A stretch of DNA of 61,894 bases, the filler included. It is 12 parts of 12 records of this genome, joined end to end, with 100 filler letters (N's around TTAATTAATTAA, not from the genome) between each part and the next. Parts side by side here need not be neighbours in the genome. Positions count along the whole stretch, not along the records: positions 8,689 to 12,870 come from SRR15195285_8627; positions 12,971 to 17,968 come from SRR15195285_8634; positions 18,069 to 21,371 come from SRR15195285_8636; positions 21,472 to 25,807 come from SRR15195285_8638; 8 more parts are not named here. The stretch is one strand, 5' to 3'. The notes beneath the pieces are model-generated. The model did no database searches, was not told where the DNA came from, and worked only from the letters and a program-made list of their open reading frames with translations. Positions within the stretch are counted from its first letter, which is position 1. Every line of letters begins with the position of its first letter. A program made the position numbers and the translations under genes. Positions 10,909-22,393 of this stretch are shown one piece after another.

Positions 10909-12643
10909 CTAGAGTCGAGGCGGCCAGCGCTCGAGCACATCTCCTGGGTGGTCAGGAAACCCAGTGACGCCGAGGTCTGCCGCCATTTGCATAATCCGGT
11001 GATAGGGTCGCGCGACGAATTCATGCTCTAGGAAGCCACTGTGGCTCGACGGGTCGAGGGCAGGAATACCGGCAGAAGACGCCTGCAGGAAAGCAACCCC
11101 GGCAGCACGCAAAATTGGAAGCAACTGAAGTGACCCTCCTCTCTCTGCGGTGTACTTGGTGCTGTTTTCCTCCGCGGTGAGCGCGCAGAGAGTCGTCATC
11201 TCGAATGGGTCTTGAACCAGGTCGAACAGAAGTTCCCTTCCTCCATTGGCCATGAAAACATACTTGTGTGTGTGCGATCGCACCATGATCTTAAATTGCT
11301 GAGAGCCTGGTTCTGAATACACACCAAAGAAGTACTCGCGCTCTGCGCCAGACCCATCATCGTTCGCGTCTGGGCGCGACAGCATAGTGAGAATCGACAC
11401 GCCGTCTCGGAGCTCCTCACTTCCTGCCGCTGCTGTCACAAGCCCGAATATATCTGCTTGACCAACCAGTCGATTCTCGACTGTTCCACACAGCTTCCCA
11501 AGGACTGGATGAACCGGCCACGAAACAAGGAACGGAATGCGACAGGCTTCCTCGAAGTAGTTCTCTTTTTGAAACATGCCATGGTCTCCTAGCCCATCAC
11601 CATGACTATTGTGCGATCAGACGAGCCAAACCAGCCGTGTCAGAGAAGCGCGTAAGAAAAGACTGACTCGTGGGCGACAGACTCACTCCGCCGTGAAGAT
11701 GATCAGGGTGTTTGCGCCACCATCTGGCCCGGCCTCGACCGTGTCCAAGATTTTCCCGAGGCATCTGTCGATGTAGCTCAACTCGCCATAGTAACGAGAC
11801 CGCACAGCGCGAACAGTCGCATCGGACAGGTCGTCTGCCCATATCGCATGGTTCATCCAGCCAATTTGCTCGTCCGCGCTATCGATCTTGTGGCTCCCAC
11901 GGCGAGGATTGGCCATTCGATCAGGATTGTACATACGATTGAATGGCACAGGGGGGGGCGCAGGGCGGATGGGGTCCGATGAACGACACGAAGCCATAGT
12001 AGGGCTTCGCATCTTGGTGCTGCCTGATCTGCTCGACAGCCCGTGCAGCAGCCCAAGCCTCGACTGTGGCATACGCTGGGAGAGGAGATGTCTGTGGCAT
12101 ATAGTACATCTCGGTTCGTTCACCTTGCAGCTGTTCAACGTAAGCGAATTCTGGGTGTTCGCGAGCCAGCCACGACGCGTAGGAGTCGGCCCGGCGCGCA
12201 CCCTCTGCTTGATATAGCTCTTCAGAGTGATATTGGACGTCATAGCCTACATCCTCATCTCTTGGACTGGTGTGAAACTTCCCGACCCCGAACGTGCGAT
12301 ATCCAAGTTGATTCATCGTGCGTGCAAGGTAGGATCCACAGCGGCCTTCCATGTCCTTGGCCTGCCCAGCTGCGACAATGTCTTGCAGCTTGGACCGCCC
12401 GTTCGAGAAACAACGTGTCGTCAGTGGCTCGCGCCCCGTGCGTATCGTGTACCGAGCGGCGACGCAGACGGGGCAGCTGGTATAGGCCTTCGTGAAGTTT
12501 ACACCCCGTCGAAGCAACCGGTCCATGTTCGGTGTGTGAAGGTGGCCAAACCCAGCCTCCGCCGAACCCGCGCGCCGAATTGTGTCAGCGCGCTGCTGGT
12601 CAGTCATTATGAGCAATATGTTGGGGGGGCCGGTGCAAGACAT
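10909..12643 (-). CDS. Formylglycine-dependent (S1) sulfatase, with apparent 1-nt frameshift
   Basis: Motifs PNILLIMTDQQR, CVAAR, GKFH, GPHPP, and FTADHGDGLGDHG across intron 11606-11686. The frame breaks at a G8 run (11951-11958); removing one base gives GPHPPCAPPVPFNRMY. Confidence 0.85.
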
Positions 12644-12870
12644 GGTCGCCTCGTGAGAAAGAGCCGCGAGACACGCAGGTGCCGCCGGGCGTGGTTCGTG
12701 CGCAGGAGACGGATCTCGGTATACCCGCGGCGCGGTACCGTTCGTTCGGCGCGACGCGCCGGTTTAGTGCAACTCGCGCGCGTACGCGATACGCCGCCGG
12801 CGCGCGCGCGCGCGCACGCGTCCCTGCTGTTAAAACACCAATGACTGAACACCGTACCAAGCACAGTGCC

Positions 12871-12970
12871 NNNNNNNNNNNNNNNNNNNNNNNNNNNNNN
12901 NNNNNNNNNNNNNNTTAATTAATTAANNNNNNNNNNNNNNNNNNNNNNNNNNNNNNNNNNNNNNNNNNNN
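12871..12970. other. Artificial contig linker
   Basis: 44 N + TTAATTAATTAA + 44 N. Confidence 0.97.
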
Positions 12971-13409
12971 GTCGTAATTGTAATAATAACTGAAATTAGT
13001 TTCATAAGGAATTTCAATTGATTGAGCTGCATGACTCGAATGACGGCCGCGCGGACTGCATGCCGCGCGTACGGACGCATTTGTCGGCAGAGTGAACGCA
13101 TTCGAGCGGTGAGCGGTGGGGTCTACACCGGACGGAGTATTATTTTGCATAGTACTGCAGTGAAGAAATGTGCACTGTGGCACAACGCTTAGCATTTGAT
13201 TGGGCATCTGTCTTGTCTCGTCCTGTCTTGTCTTTTTTTACAAAAAATAACGTGCCGCCCAGATAGTCTAACTATTCGAATACGACTCCTACCTCAACTG
13301 CTATGGTGAGCAACAACGAATCACAATGTATCACCACACACAAAACGACCATGTAACACGCAGTGCTGGCACACCGGGCGCATAATACATTATCCCCCAG
13401 GCTAAGCTG

Positions 13410-16400
13410 TCAAAATTCAACGTGATCCACGCCTGTGAATTGGGCAGCAGATCGGGCAGCTGCTGGCCGTGGGGTGCCCGGCCCGAGCGATCCTTCACTG
13501 GGCGGCAAGTGTTGCTTCTCTATGAGTAGCCCAGCCTTCTCCAACTCATGCTTTTTCGCTACCCATCGCGCACGCTCTGCCAAATTTTCCGCGGTCTTCT
13601 TTGCCTTTGCGGCTTTGAGTAGCTCGCCGCCGGACGTCAAAAAGCCGTATTCAAGCAGCGCCAGAGTTAGTTTGTCATCGTGCCCTCTCGCTGCTCTATC
13701 CTGCCCCAGTCGCTGCGCAGCGGCCGCCTTCTCCTTGCGCGATAGCTTCTGGCCTTCCTCCACCAGGTTCAGAGCGAATAAGTCTTCAGGGATGACACCG
13801 TCCTCCAACGCGTCGCTAACAAGCATTGACACATCCTTCACCGCAGCCATCGTCTCTTCATCTCTCACCTTCGCTGTAGCTCTACGGGCGGCTAGGCGCT
13901 TGGCTGTCTTGTCTCGCCACTCGATTTCCGTCAGATTTTCCTCTTCTCCACTCTCCTTCTGTTGCAAACATCAACACATGAGAGCATTCGGGAGGGGAAT
14001 GGGAGAGTAAGGGGGTATACGGATGTAAACATGTTGTCCCAAGCAAAACAGAGGATGCCTGTAACCCGTACCTGCATTTGGGCCTCAAGCTTCGCGGCGC
14101 GTCGTGCCGTTTCGGATGAATGCGCTCGCTTGGCAAGCTCCTCAATCTTTTTGTCATGTTCTATCAGTGCCTTCACGTGATTAGCCTTTCGACGTCGGGC
14201 ATCGTCTCGTTTTTTTGCACGAGCCTTGCCGTAACGAAACGCATCAGTCTGCCGTTGCACTTCTGCCTGTAAGGCAGCGTCTTGTTCGGTTTTCTCCACG
14301 CGTTTTTGCCTCTCACGTTGTCGCGCACGGTCAGCCAACTTTTCGCATTTGTTTATCCGACGAAGTTCAATCTCTTTAAGCTCTAGTACAGCCTGCAGGT
14401 CTGCAACATCATTGTGAATCGAATTGTCGTACGGAGATGCGCTGCTGCGATCTCGTACGGTACTGCATGCAGGAGCACTTGCAGGACGACCAGCCTGCAC
14501 GCGCCTGCGTCTCCCAACTTCTGCAGCATGCTTTCGCTCTGCTAGGGCTTGAGCCTCACGTTCAAGCTGACGCCTGAGCCACCCACCAAACGCGGTACCC
14601 TTTAGTGGCTTCGTCGCGCACTGCACTTTCATATCTGCAACAATTTGTGCTCCCAGCGAGGCGATCGTTGCACCATAGCGGACAAGAGTTACGCAAACAT
14701 CCACCCAGTTGCGTCCAGCGGCTGCACTGTGGTCTATCAGGCCTACTGATATCGCCATCGCCAGTGGTGTCTCACCTTTGCAGTCGGCTAGGGTTACCGC
14801 GTGCTGTGCTACTGACGATTCAAGCGGTGCGAGTAGCCTTAGCAGCAGGTCGTTTCTTTCAATCTTGTCATTTTTTGCGTTTACTGAGGCCACTGGAGAA
14901 AGAATGCACAGATGGACTCCGTTTCTTCCTTCAGAATCCACTAAATTTGCAATCCACCGGCCGCCGTCCATCTGCGCTGCATGCAAGTTGGCTCGGGCAT
15001 TAACCACTATGTCCTTAGAGACAGCTCGCGCTGGTAGCATCCCGCTCATATCTATGCGAGATGTCCTCACACCTAGTTGTTGTAAGCGCAACGCATATTC
15101 TGACTCTGCCTGGCATCGAGCATGGCGCTCTTCCGCTGCGGAATTCATGGCTATCTTTTTCTTGCTTATGCTGTTTCCGAGCAGGCCACCTAGCTTATGG
15201 CCTACGTCAACCTGTGCTTGTGTCACGCCGCCTGCACCGTACGTGTCCTCGTTGCCCCCAAGTGCCTCGAACATTGACTTATCTCTCTCTATCTGCGCTT
15301 GTTTTTCAGCGTTAATCCGGGCTTGTTTCTCAGTTCGCCATTTGCTTTCTTCTTCTTCGCGACGCTGCTGCTCTACAAACGCAACCTCGACCTCATGCAA
15401 TGAGACCAACTCCTCACGCTTAGCGCTCTCTGCTTGGTTGGCAGCCTCAACTTCTGCCTTAGCGTCCGTGCACTCCTGAACTACATCACGGACGTTCAAT
15501 CCAGTAGCAAATTGATTGAAGAGGGCAACATCAATGCGTGCACCAACGCCATCACCGCCCAGCTCATCTCCAGACTTGTCGCCGAAAAGCCACGCATCAA
15601 ACTCGTGTAATTCCATTCTTCCATCGCCATCCTTATCCATCCAACGCCAGGCAGCGTTGAGCTGCCGGACGTTGATTCCAATACCGAGTTCCTGACACAA
15701 GATTTTGAGTTCCGTCTTATCTATCGTACCAGAGCCATCAATATCGACCCTACGGAACGCTTCAGCTGCAGATCGCGCTAGTTCCTCTCTGGCTTCTCGC
15801 AACTTCTTCCTTGCTGCTACGCCTATCTCTTCACAGCTTGTGACGTCAGCTTGCATCCGTGCTAGCCGTGACTCCGATTCCAATACATACGCAGGTGGTG
15901 GCTCTGGTGCCAGCTCTTCAATCTCTTCTTCAGCTTGTACAGGGAATGCTGTTCGAAGTTCTGCGTCGAATTTGCGCGCCACACTGCTCATTGGGTTCCA
16001 ATGGCTTTCCTCGGCCGTCAAGGGAATGATACCGCCAGGTGCCAACAGTGCCACGAGCTCGATTTTCCAGCTGAACAACGCCGCGAGCAATGGAGGCCGT
16101 CCCATCTCCCCTTTGTACCTGACTTGTTCGTCGAGAGCAGCATCAGGCTTTGGGGCTAGGGTGGGGTCCGCCCCGAATTGCAGAAGGACTTTGGCGGCGG
16201 AGTATGCGGTGCTGCGGAGGTGACCTTCCCAGCGCACTATGAGGCCCAGCGCTGTACAACCAAGCTGGCCACCAGCAGCATCCACTTCAACACCATAGTC
16301 ACACAGCAACTGGACCAGCGCGGCAAGCGTATCAGACGAGTGGCCTGAAGTAACAGCCGTCATCAGTGGAGTTGCTCCTTGTGCGTCACGAAATGATCCC

Positions 16401-17746
16401 TGAGCACTCCGTGGTGCAGCTGCTAGTAGAGCAGCCGCAGTCTGCACGTAACCGTTCAAGCACGCCAAGTGTAGTGCTGTCTGCGCCGTGTGACGGTCAC
16501 ATGGCCACCCACTACCAAGCGTGCCAGCATCACGTCGCGCGCCCGCGCGCAGCTGCCGCGCTGAGACCTCTGGCCAGCTGACTGCATCGATTAGCGATCC
16601 ATACTTTTCGCACAGCCATCGCGTCAGTGCCACGTGGCCATGTGCAGCCGCGAGATGCAGAGCTGTGCGCCCACCTAGATCGCACACTTCACGTACTTTA
16701 GCTTGGTTGCTTGATTCCTCAGTTAGCCACTTCACAACGTCCATGAAACCGTGTCGCGCCGCCAGGAGCAGCGCATTTCGCCCGTGTGTATCTGTTCTGC
16801 GGTAATCTGCCCATTCATCCGCGTCTGTGTCCAGAATTTGCTGCTTTACGCCCTCAAGGTCGCCAGACGCAGCTGCAGCCAGCAGTGGGTCAGTTCCACC
16901 GTTATCTCCAGCAGCTATGAGCTCAGCACCAGAACGCAATTGCAAAAGCCAGTACGCAACGCCTCGATGCATCCGAGAAGAAAGCGGCGAAGAGAGCACA
17001 GTACCGAACGAAAACACGCGGCTTGAACCCGCCAGCTTTGCCAGCGCCGGGTCTGGTACATCGTACGCAGGTGCCCCTAACGGCGCGACAGCGACTAACC
17101 TATTTCCCGGGAGCCGTTTCCAAGGCGCCCCGTCCATCCCTTGTGCCGCAGTCTCTGGCGCAGCGTGGAGCTGCAGGGCGGGACAGAACCATGGCTGCAG
17201 GTCTGGGTGCAAGTGATTTCCCTGTAAGCATACCTCGCGCAGCTTGCGGTGCTGATCGTAGGCATCTGGGTTGGTGATAGCAACATTGCGCCACTCACTG
17301 CCGCTGCGGCGCCGGGCCTGGTGTCCTGTACCAGGGCCCCACCTGCTCAAATGCCGGTGACCTGCAGCGCTCGCGCCAGGACCTGATGGCGCGGAGCTCG
17401 GCCGCTGCCGACTCTTTCGGGCACCCGGGGCAGACTGAGGACGTCCATACGCAGCAGATTCTGCAGTAGCTGCCCCCGTCGTCGCCGACTGAGGACGTGC
17501 TCGAGGAGCGGATCCTGCAGCAGCTGCCCCTGTCGCCGACTGGCGTCTTGCACGCGTAGCGGAGCCCGCAGCTGCCCGTGACGCCGACTGTGGCCGCTTG
17601 GCACTGCCCGTCACGATCTGTCGGAACCAGTCCAGCTCAGTCCGCCGGGCCGCAGCCGAGCTGGGCCGCCTTGTTGCCCTGCTCTCTGAGCGCCCTTGGC
17701 TCGGCGTGGCAGACGCTGGGCGACGGCTGCGCTGGTGGCTCTCCAT
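13410..17746 (-). CDS. Large ankyrin-repeat, EF-hand and coiled-coil protein
   Basis: Start in GCCACCATGG context at 17746; intron 13959-14071 (GTACGG...ACAG). Ankyrin motifs GRNALLLAARHG, GRTALHLAAAHG, TALHLACLNG, GATPLMTA, GETPLAMA. EF-hand pair DIDGSGTIDKTE and DKDGDGRMELHE. Confidence 0.85.
17400..17660 (-). repeat. Coding minisatellite encoding repeated RP(Q/S)SA units
   Basis: Degenerate ~42-nt units (+ strand GCAGCTGCCCC..GTCGCCGACTG) encoding RPQSA/RRQSA/RPSSA. Confidence 0.55.
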
Positions 17747-17968
17747 GGTGGCCCCGATGCAGACGAGAGCGACGGAGCCAACAACGGCCGGCAAGTTCAT
17801 TCGAAATTCAGAATGAATCCCGGATCCCGGGTAGTGGGAATGGCACAGGCCGGAATTCTCAGCTCGAGATCTGGAGCAATGTAGTCGCCTGTTGCTGTTC
17901 CTGTTCCTGTACAGTATCCGTCGATCGATTCCTGTTTGGGACCTAAAAAGCGCATAACACTAAATTCC

Positions 17969-18068
17969 NNNNNNNNNNNNNNNNNNNNNNNNNNNNNNNN
18001 NNNNNNNNNNNNTTAATTAATTAANNNNNNNNNNNNNNNNNNNNNNNNNNNNNNNNNNNNNNNNNNNN
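17969..18068. other. Artificial contig linker
   Basis: 44 N + TTAATTAATTAA + 44 N. Confidence 0.97.
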
Positions 18069-21000
18069 AGCCTGAGCCTGAGCCTGAACCTGAGCCTGAC
18101 CCTGCGCTGGGATCACCTGAGTCTCATAGCGCAGTGCGGCGCGACCCGGTTACAGGGGCTGCGTCTTACCTGGGAAAACTATGGGTGCATTGCAACGATC
18201 CATTTGATAGCACGAAACTGGTGCCAGTCAAGATTCAGGTCGGGAGGCCTAAACTTTGCTTTGACGAACAGGCACTGTCTGCCCGGCTGGAAGGTCCAGG
18301 TCTGAACGAGCCAGGAGCATTTGTTGAGAAGGTATTGCACCTCACCAACGAAGGTACATGGGACGCAAAGATCGCGGCCTTAGATGTCGATTCCAACTCC
18401 GCAGGCTGGGCGACAGTCTTTATTCGAGATGATACAACAAATGAGTTGCTGCGAGGGAGCGACCTACCGCATGGATTTGTGTTGACGCCGGGTAGGCCGG
18501 CGCTGGAGGTGATTGTGCGCTTCACAAAACCCATTACACCGCAAGACCAAGACCGTCGTGCTATGAACGCTAGTAGAGTAGGCGGGGAGGCACAAGACTC
18601 ATCGCTGACGAGCCGACCTGCTGACGAGCTGGAACATTTTGTCGTGGATTGCCCAACACCTGGTTGCGAGGAGACGTTGACTCTTACTGCTAAGACAGAT
18701 CGTTTATTGAGATGTAGGCACTGCCAACAAGAGGTGTCTTCGCTCGTCGACAAGATACTGCAGCATGCGACAGACAACATCAGCAGTTTGGAGCTTGATC
18801 TACCCGGTGTTGGCGCTCTGACCTCCTGTCGCTGTCCAGCGCCGTGCGGTGCCTTTGTAACATTCCCGATTGCCAACACGATCTATTGCCCTGTGTGCGT
18901 TGAGCAGGTTTTCGAGCCTGGTGAGACTCCAGACGGCGACCCCGTTGTCAACGCATACACGGCACCAAATGTGGACGCTGGCCTCACGGATGTGCATCAG
19001 CAGGTACTGCCAGTAACTGCTGGATCGCTTCCTGCTAGTCAGTCAGACGCTTTCACTAGCAATGACCACGGTCTTTTTGACAACAACTTCCCCGATGATG
19101 TACCCAGCGAGTTCAGTGGCTTTGTTGAGGTGTTCGAAGACTCCTCAAGGAGGAAGCCGGCCTTGCGTCTTCCTATCGCAATGGAGCTCCAGGCGCCTCT
19201 GCTTGTGATCGACCCCTCGTCTATCACTGCAGAGATCGCCAGAGGCGAACACTCCTGTAAGACGTTGAGTCTGCGTAATGACGGTGATGCAACCCTGACG
19301 CTACGCAATCTGGAGGCGGTGGACGCACAGGGCCGGCAGCTGGCCTGGGCGACTCCGGAATTGACGTCTGCTGTCGCCAATGAGCACACTTTGCTCGAAC
19401 CTGGTAATGCGATGCCAGTTGCTGTACGATTTCACTCAGACGACGGCGGTGAACACGTCGGATTTCTGCGGCTAGGCGATTTCGCCAACCGACAGACTGT
19501 GAATGTGCCGATGGCACTGAAGGTAGTACCCCCGAAGCTGCTGTGGGAGTGGAAAATTGACGACAGAGTAGATGACGCTGGAGTATCAGTACTGTGGAGT
19601 TCACAGCCTGTTGTCGTGCAGATTATCAAGGATTCAAATCAATCTGTATATGTGCGCGTTCGTGCTGGTGGCCGGGCAGATTTGCTCCTGCACAGCGTGG
19701 GCTCCACGGCGAAATGGGCCTCGTTGCATCTTCTCGACGACAATCTCAAGGACATCTCACCGCGGGACGACGTCATACATGCTACAAACTCTTACATGAC
19801 ACACCTTGTCACTGTGGGTCAGACGCTGAAACCTGGTCCGGTCGCGGACTCTAGTGCCACCCTTCGGATCGACATGAACAGTGAGGGCATGGGCGTTGGC
19901 GAGCACATAGCACAGCTTGTGATCAACTCGAATGACCCTACACATCCGACTACACTAATTTCGTTGCGAATGAATGTTCTTGGACCTCGGATCCACATCG
20001 ACAAATCTGAACTCGAGTTGAAGTCTGACGCCGCTGTGGGTTTGGCATCGGCGAACTCATTTTACATAAAGAATACAGGACACGCACCGCTTATCATCAA
20101 GAAAGTTGAGCGTTCGGAAAGCTGCAAGCTGTGGACTACACTGCATATCGGTGGATCCCACAATGGAGACAGTCGGAGCGGACCGTGGACACTGCAACCG
20201 GCGTCAGAACCGCTGGAAGTAGTAGTGCAAGCGCACAATCAAGACCCCCACGCATCGGTGGCGCTACACCAGGGCGCCGAAGCTGCAAGGACTGGATGGC
20301 TGACAATAGTTTCTGACGACAGCAGCTCCCCGACTCGGTTTGTCAAGGTGAATGCGAATATCGACTCACCAAAACTCAGAATCGAGCAAGAGCTTATCAT
20401 TTTAGAGCGACCGGCAAGTGCGACCCCACGGGAAATTCGACTGTTCAATGACGGCACAGTGCCGTTGGAAGTCCTGGCGGTCACACCAAGTGACGACTGT
20501 GCAGGTTGGTGCATGGTGAAACCGACCGGTGAGTGTTCACGTGTCGTGCTGCGTGTCTAGAGTACCAGACTGTTGGACAGACTAGCACTCCTATTGATGT
20601 GTTGACTATGTTCTAATGCTACTGTCTGCTAGCACTCACAGTCTTGCTTGTCGATTGCCTTCTGTACATGGACCAATGCAGTACAACTGCCGTACACCGT
20701 TGAAACTGATGACGGGGAACCCGATGGTGGAGAAGGGGAGCGTAGCTGCGTGAATTCGCTAGGCGAGATTTCCATCGACGTCGTGATCGTCACAAAGGAG
20801 CCTTCGCGCAAGAAAATTATCGCAAGAGTTTCTCTAGACATCACGAACGCGCCCGCTGAAGCAGCCGGCAGTCTCACGGTGCGATCAAACGACAGCTCCA
20901 TGGCGTCGTTGAAAATTCCGATCGCAATCAAGGAGGCACGCTTACGGCCCTCGCGCGACAAAATCATTGCAAGAGTTGGCGCCGGCACACAGGCCATGTT

Positions 21001-21371
21001 ATCACTGCGTGGGAGCGGTGGTGCAAGCATGTTGACCGACGAGCACATTTCGCTGTACAACGAGGGACAGGCACCGCTGAAGATCCGGGACATTGCGATC
21101 CACGATGCTGACTGGGCCAGCGTACACCCTGTCCAAGAAGACCTTTCACTGGAGGGCAGGACAGTCCTCCCGATGTCACCTCCTGCTTCTCTTGATCTTA
21201 TCGTCCGCATTGACGCTAGCGTCCGGGGTGCACACAACCTCACTGGTACCATGTGCATCAGCAGCAACGACCCGCGTCCAGACGTTTTAATTCCGATTGA
21301 GGCGAGCCTCAGCCTGCCAGCTGATTGCCCGCCCGCCTGTTGCACACTTCAAATTGCCATCCATCGGCATT
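18069..21371 (+). CDS. Partial protein with tandem Ig-like ASH / choice-of-anchor-D-like domains and two Cys-pair zinc ribbons
   Basis: Frame is open from the contig start (PE repeats) to the contig end; intron 20529-20681 (GTGAGT...GCAG). Repeated L.L.N.G.A.L.I ... L.I.SNDP..P...I.L units. Inserts CPTPGC...CRHC and CPAPC...CPVC. Confidence 0.7.
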
Positions 21372-21471
21372 NNNNNNNNNNNNNNNNNNNNNNNNNNNNN
21401 NNNNNNNNNNNNNNNTTAATTAATTAANNNNNNNNNNNNNNNNNNNNNNNNNNNNNNNNNNNNNNNNNNNN
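21372..21471. other. Artificial contig linker
   Basis: 44 N + TTAATTAATTAA + 44 N. Confidence 0.97.
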
Positions 21472-21726
21472 GTCCCTTTTGACCGTCTCGGCTGGCTGCG
21501 ATGCGGACAACAGCGCCGTGTCCCCGCAACGATCGCGTTCCTCAACAAGGGCCCGAACGGCATCGTCTCCGCCTTCTTCGCGACGTGTCCGGAGCAGTGC
21601 CTTCACATCCATGTGTCGGCCCTCGAACGCTGCGCATTGCAATGGGTACTTCAAGGCATCCCTATGTTGTACCCCATTTCCCTGAAGCTCAGTCTCGTAC
21701 AGACTAGCATGCCCCGCTGCCATCAT
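21472..21726 (-). CDS. N-terminal fragment of an ankyrin-repeat protein (runs off contig)
   Basis: YPLQCAAFEGRHMDVKALL and RDRCGDTALLSAS are ankyrin-like. Confidence 0.6.
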
Positions 21727-22393
21727 GGCAGGAACCAAGTGTCGGAACCGGCTGTTTCGCCACGGACACCTACTCGTACCTACCCCTCACGGTGTCTCGG
21801 ACACGTGGAGCCATGCGCCTGGCTCCAGCGAGGTGTCCGCCCATGAGGGCTGGCTACATACGTGTGTACACACTGTAGGCGTCGCAGTCCGATGAGCAAC
21901 ACCGGCAACACACCCAACGAACACAGATCGCGGCGACACCGCGCGGCGAGCATGCACCGCCCTTGGTCGACTTGGCATCACCGGGTTGCTTGTACTGGTA
22001 CCGTCGCGCGAGCCGATGCGATCGCGAGCGCCGAGCGGGTAAGGCAAGGGCCCCCGCATTCCGTAGATCTATAGTACTGTACTGTACTGTACGGTACTCT
22101 GGAGCAGTGTCGAGTGTGGTTGCCCGGGAAGCGGGATATCAGATTGGCATACCATATATTAGAATAGAATCCCGAATAACTCGCGCCTTGACCCGCCGGC
22201 CGCGACGACGACGCTCGACGGAGTCGCCGCGGGAGTGCTACCTGGGCGTACCCACGCCAAGTCGGACCGGGGCGCCGGGTACCACCCCTGGCTCCTGGAT
22301 TGCTGGGTAGCCAGGATCCGTCCCGACCACGCAGCAGCAAGCCAGGCCCGGCGGCGCACGTACGTACGGGAGTAGAGCTCGCGCACCTCGGCG

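Noticed and set aside
11683-11686. In-frame TGA inside conserved genes (also 29007, 49804, 60219) as selenocysteine, readthrough or an alternative genetic code
   Set aside because: Each TGA is part of a GTGAG splice donor, and splicing restores the conserved motif
13208-13232. (TGTCT)n-like microsatellite, plus short duplications at 10731-10769 and 55818-55845
   Set aside because: Short simple repeats consistent with ordinary slippage
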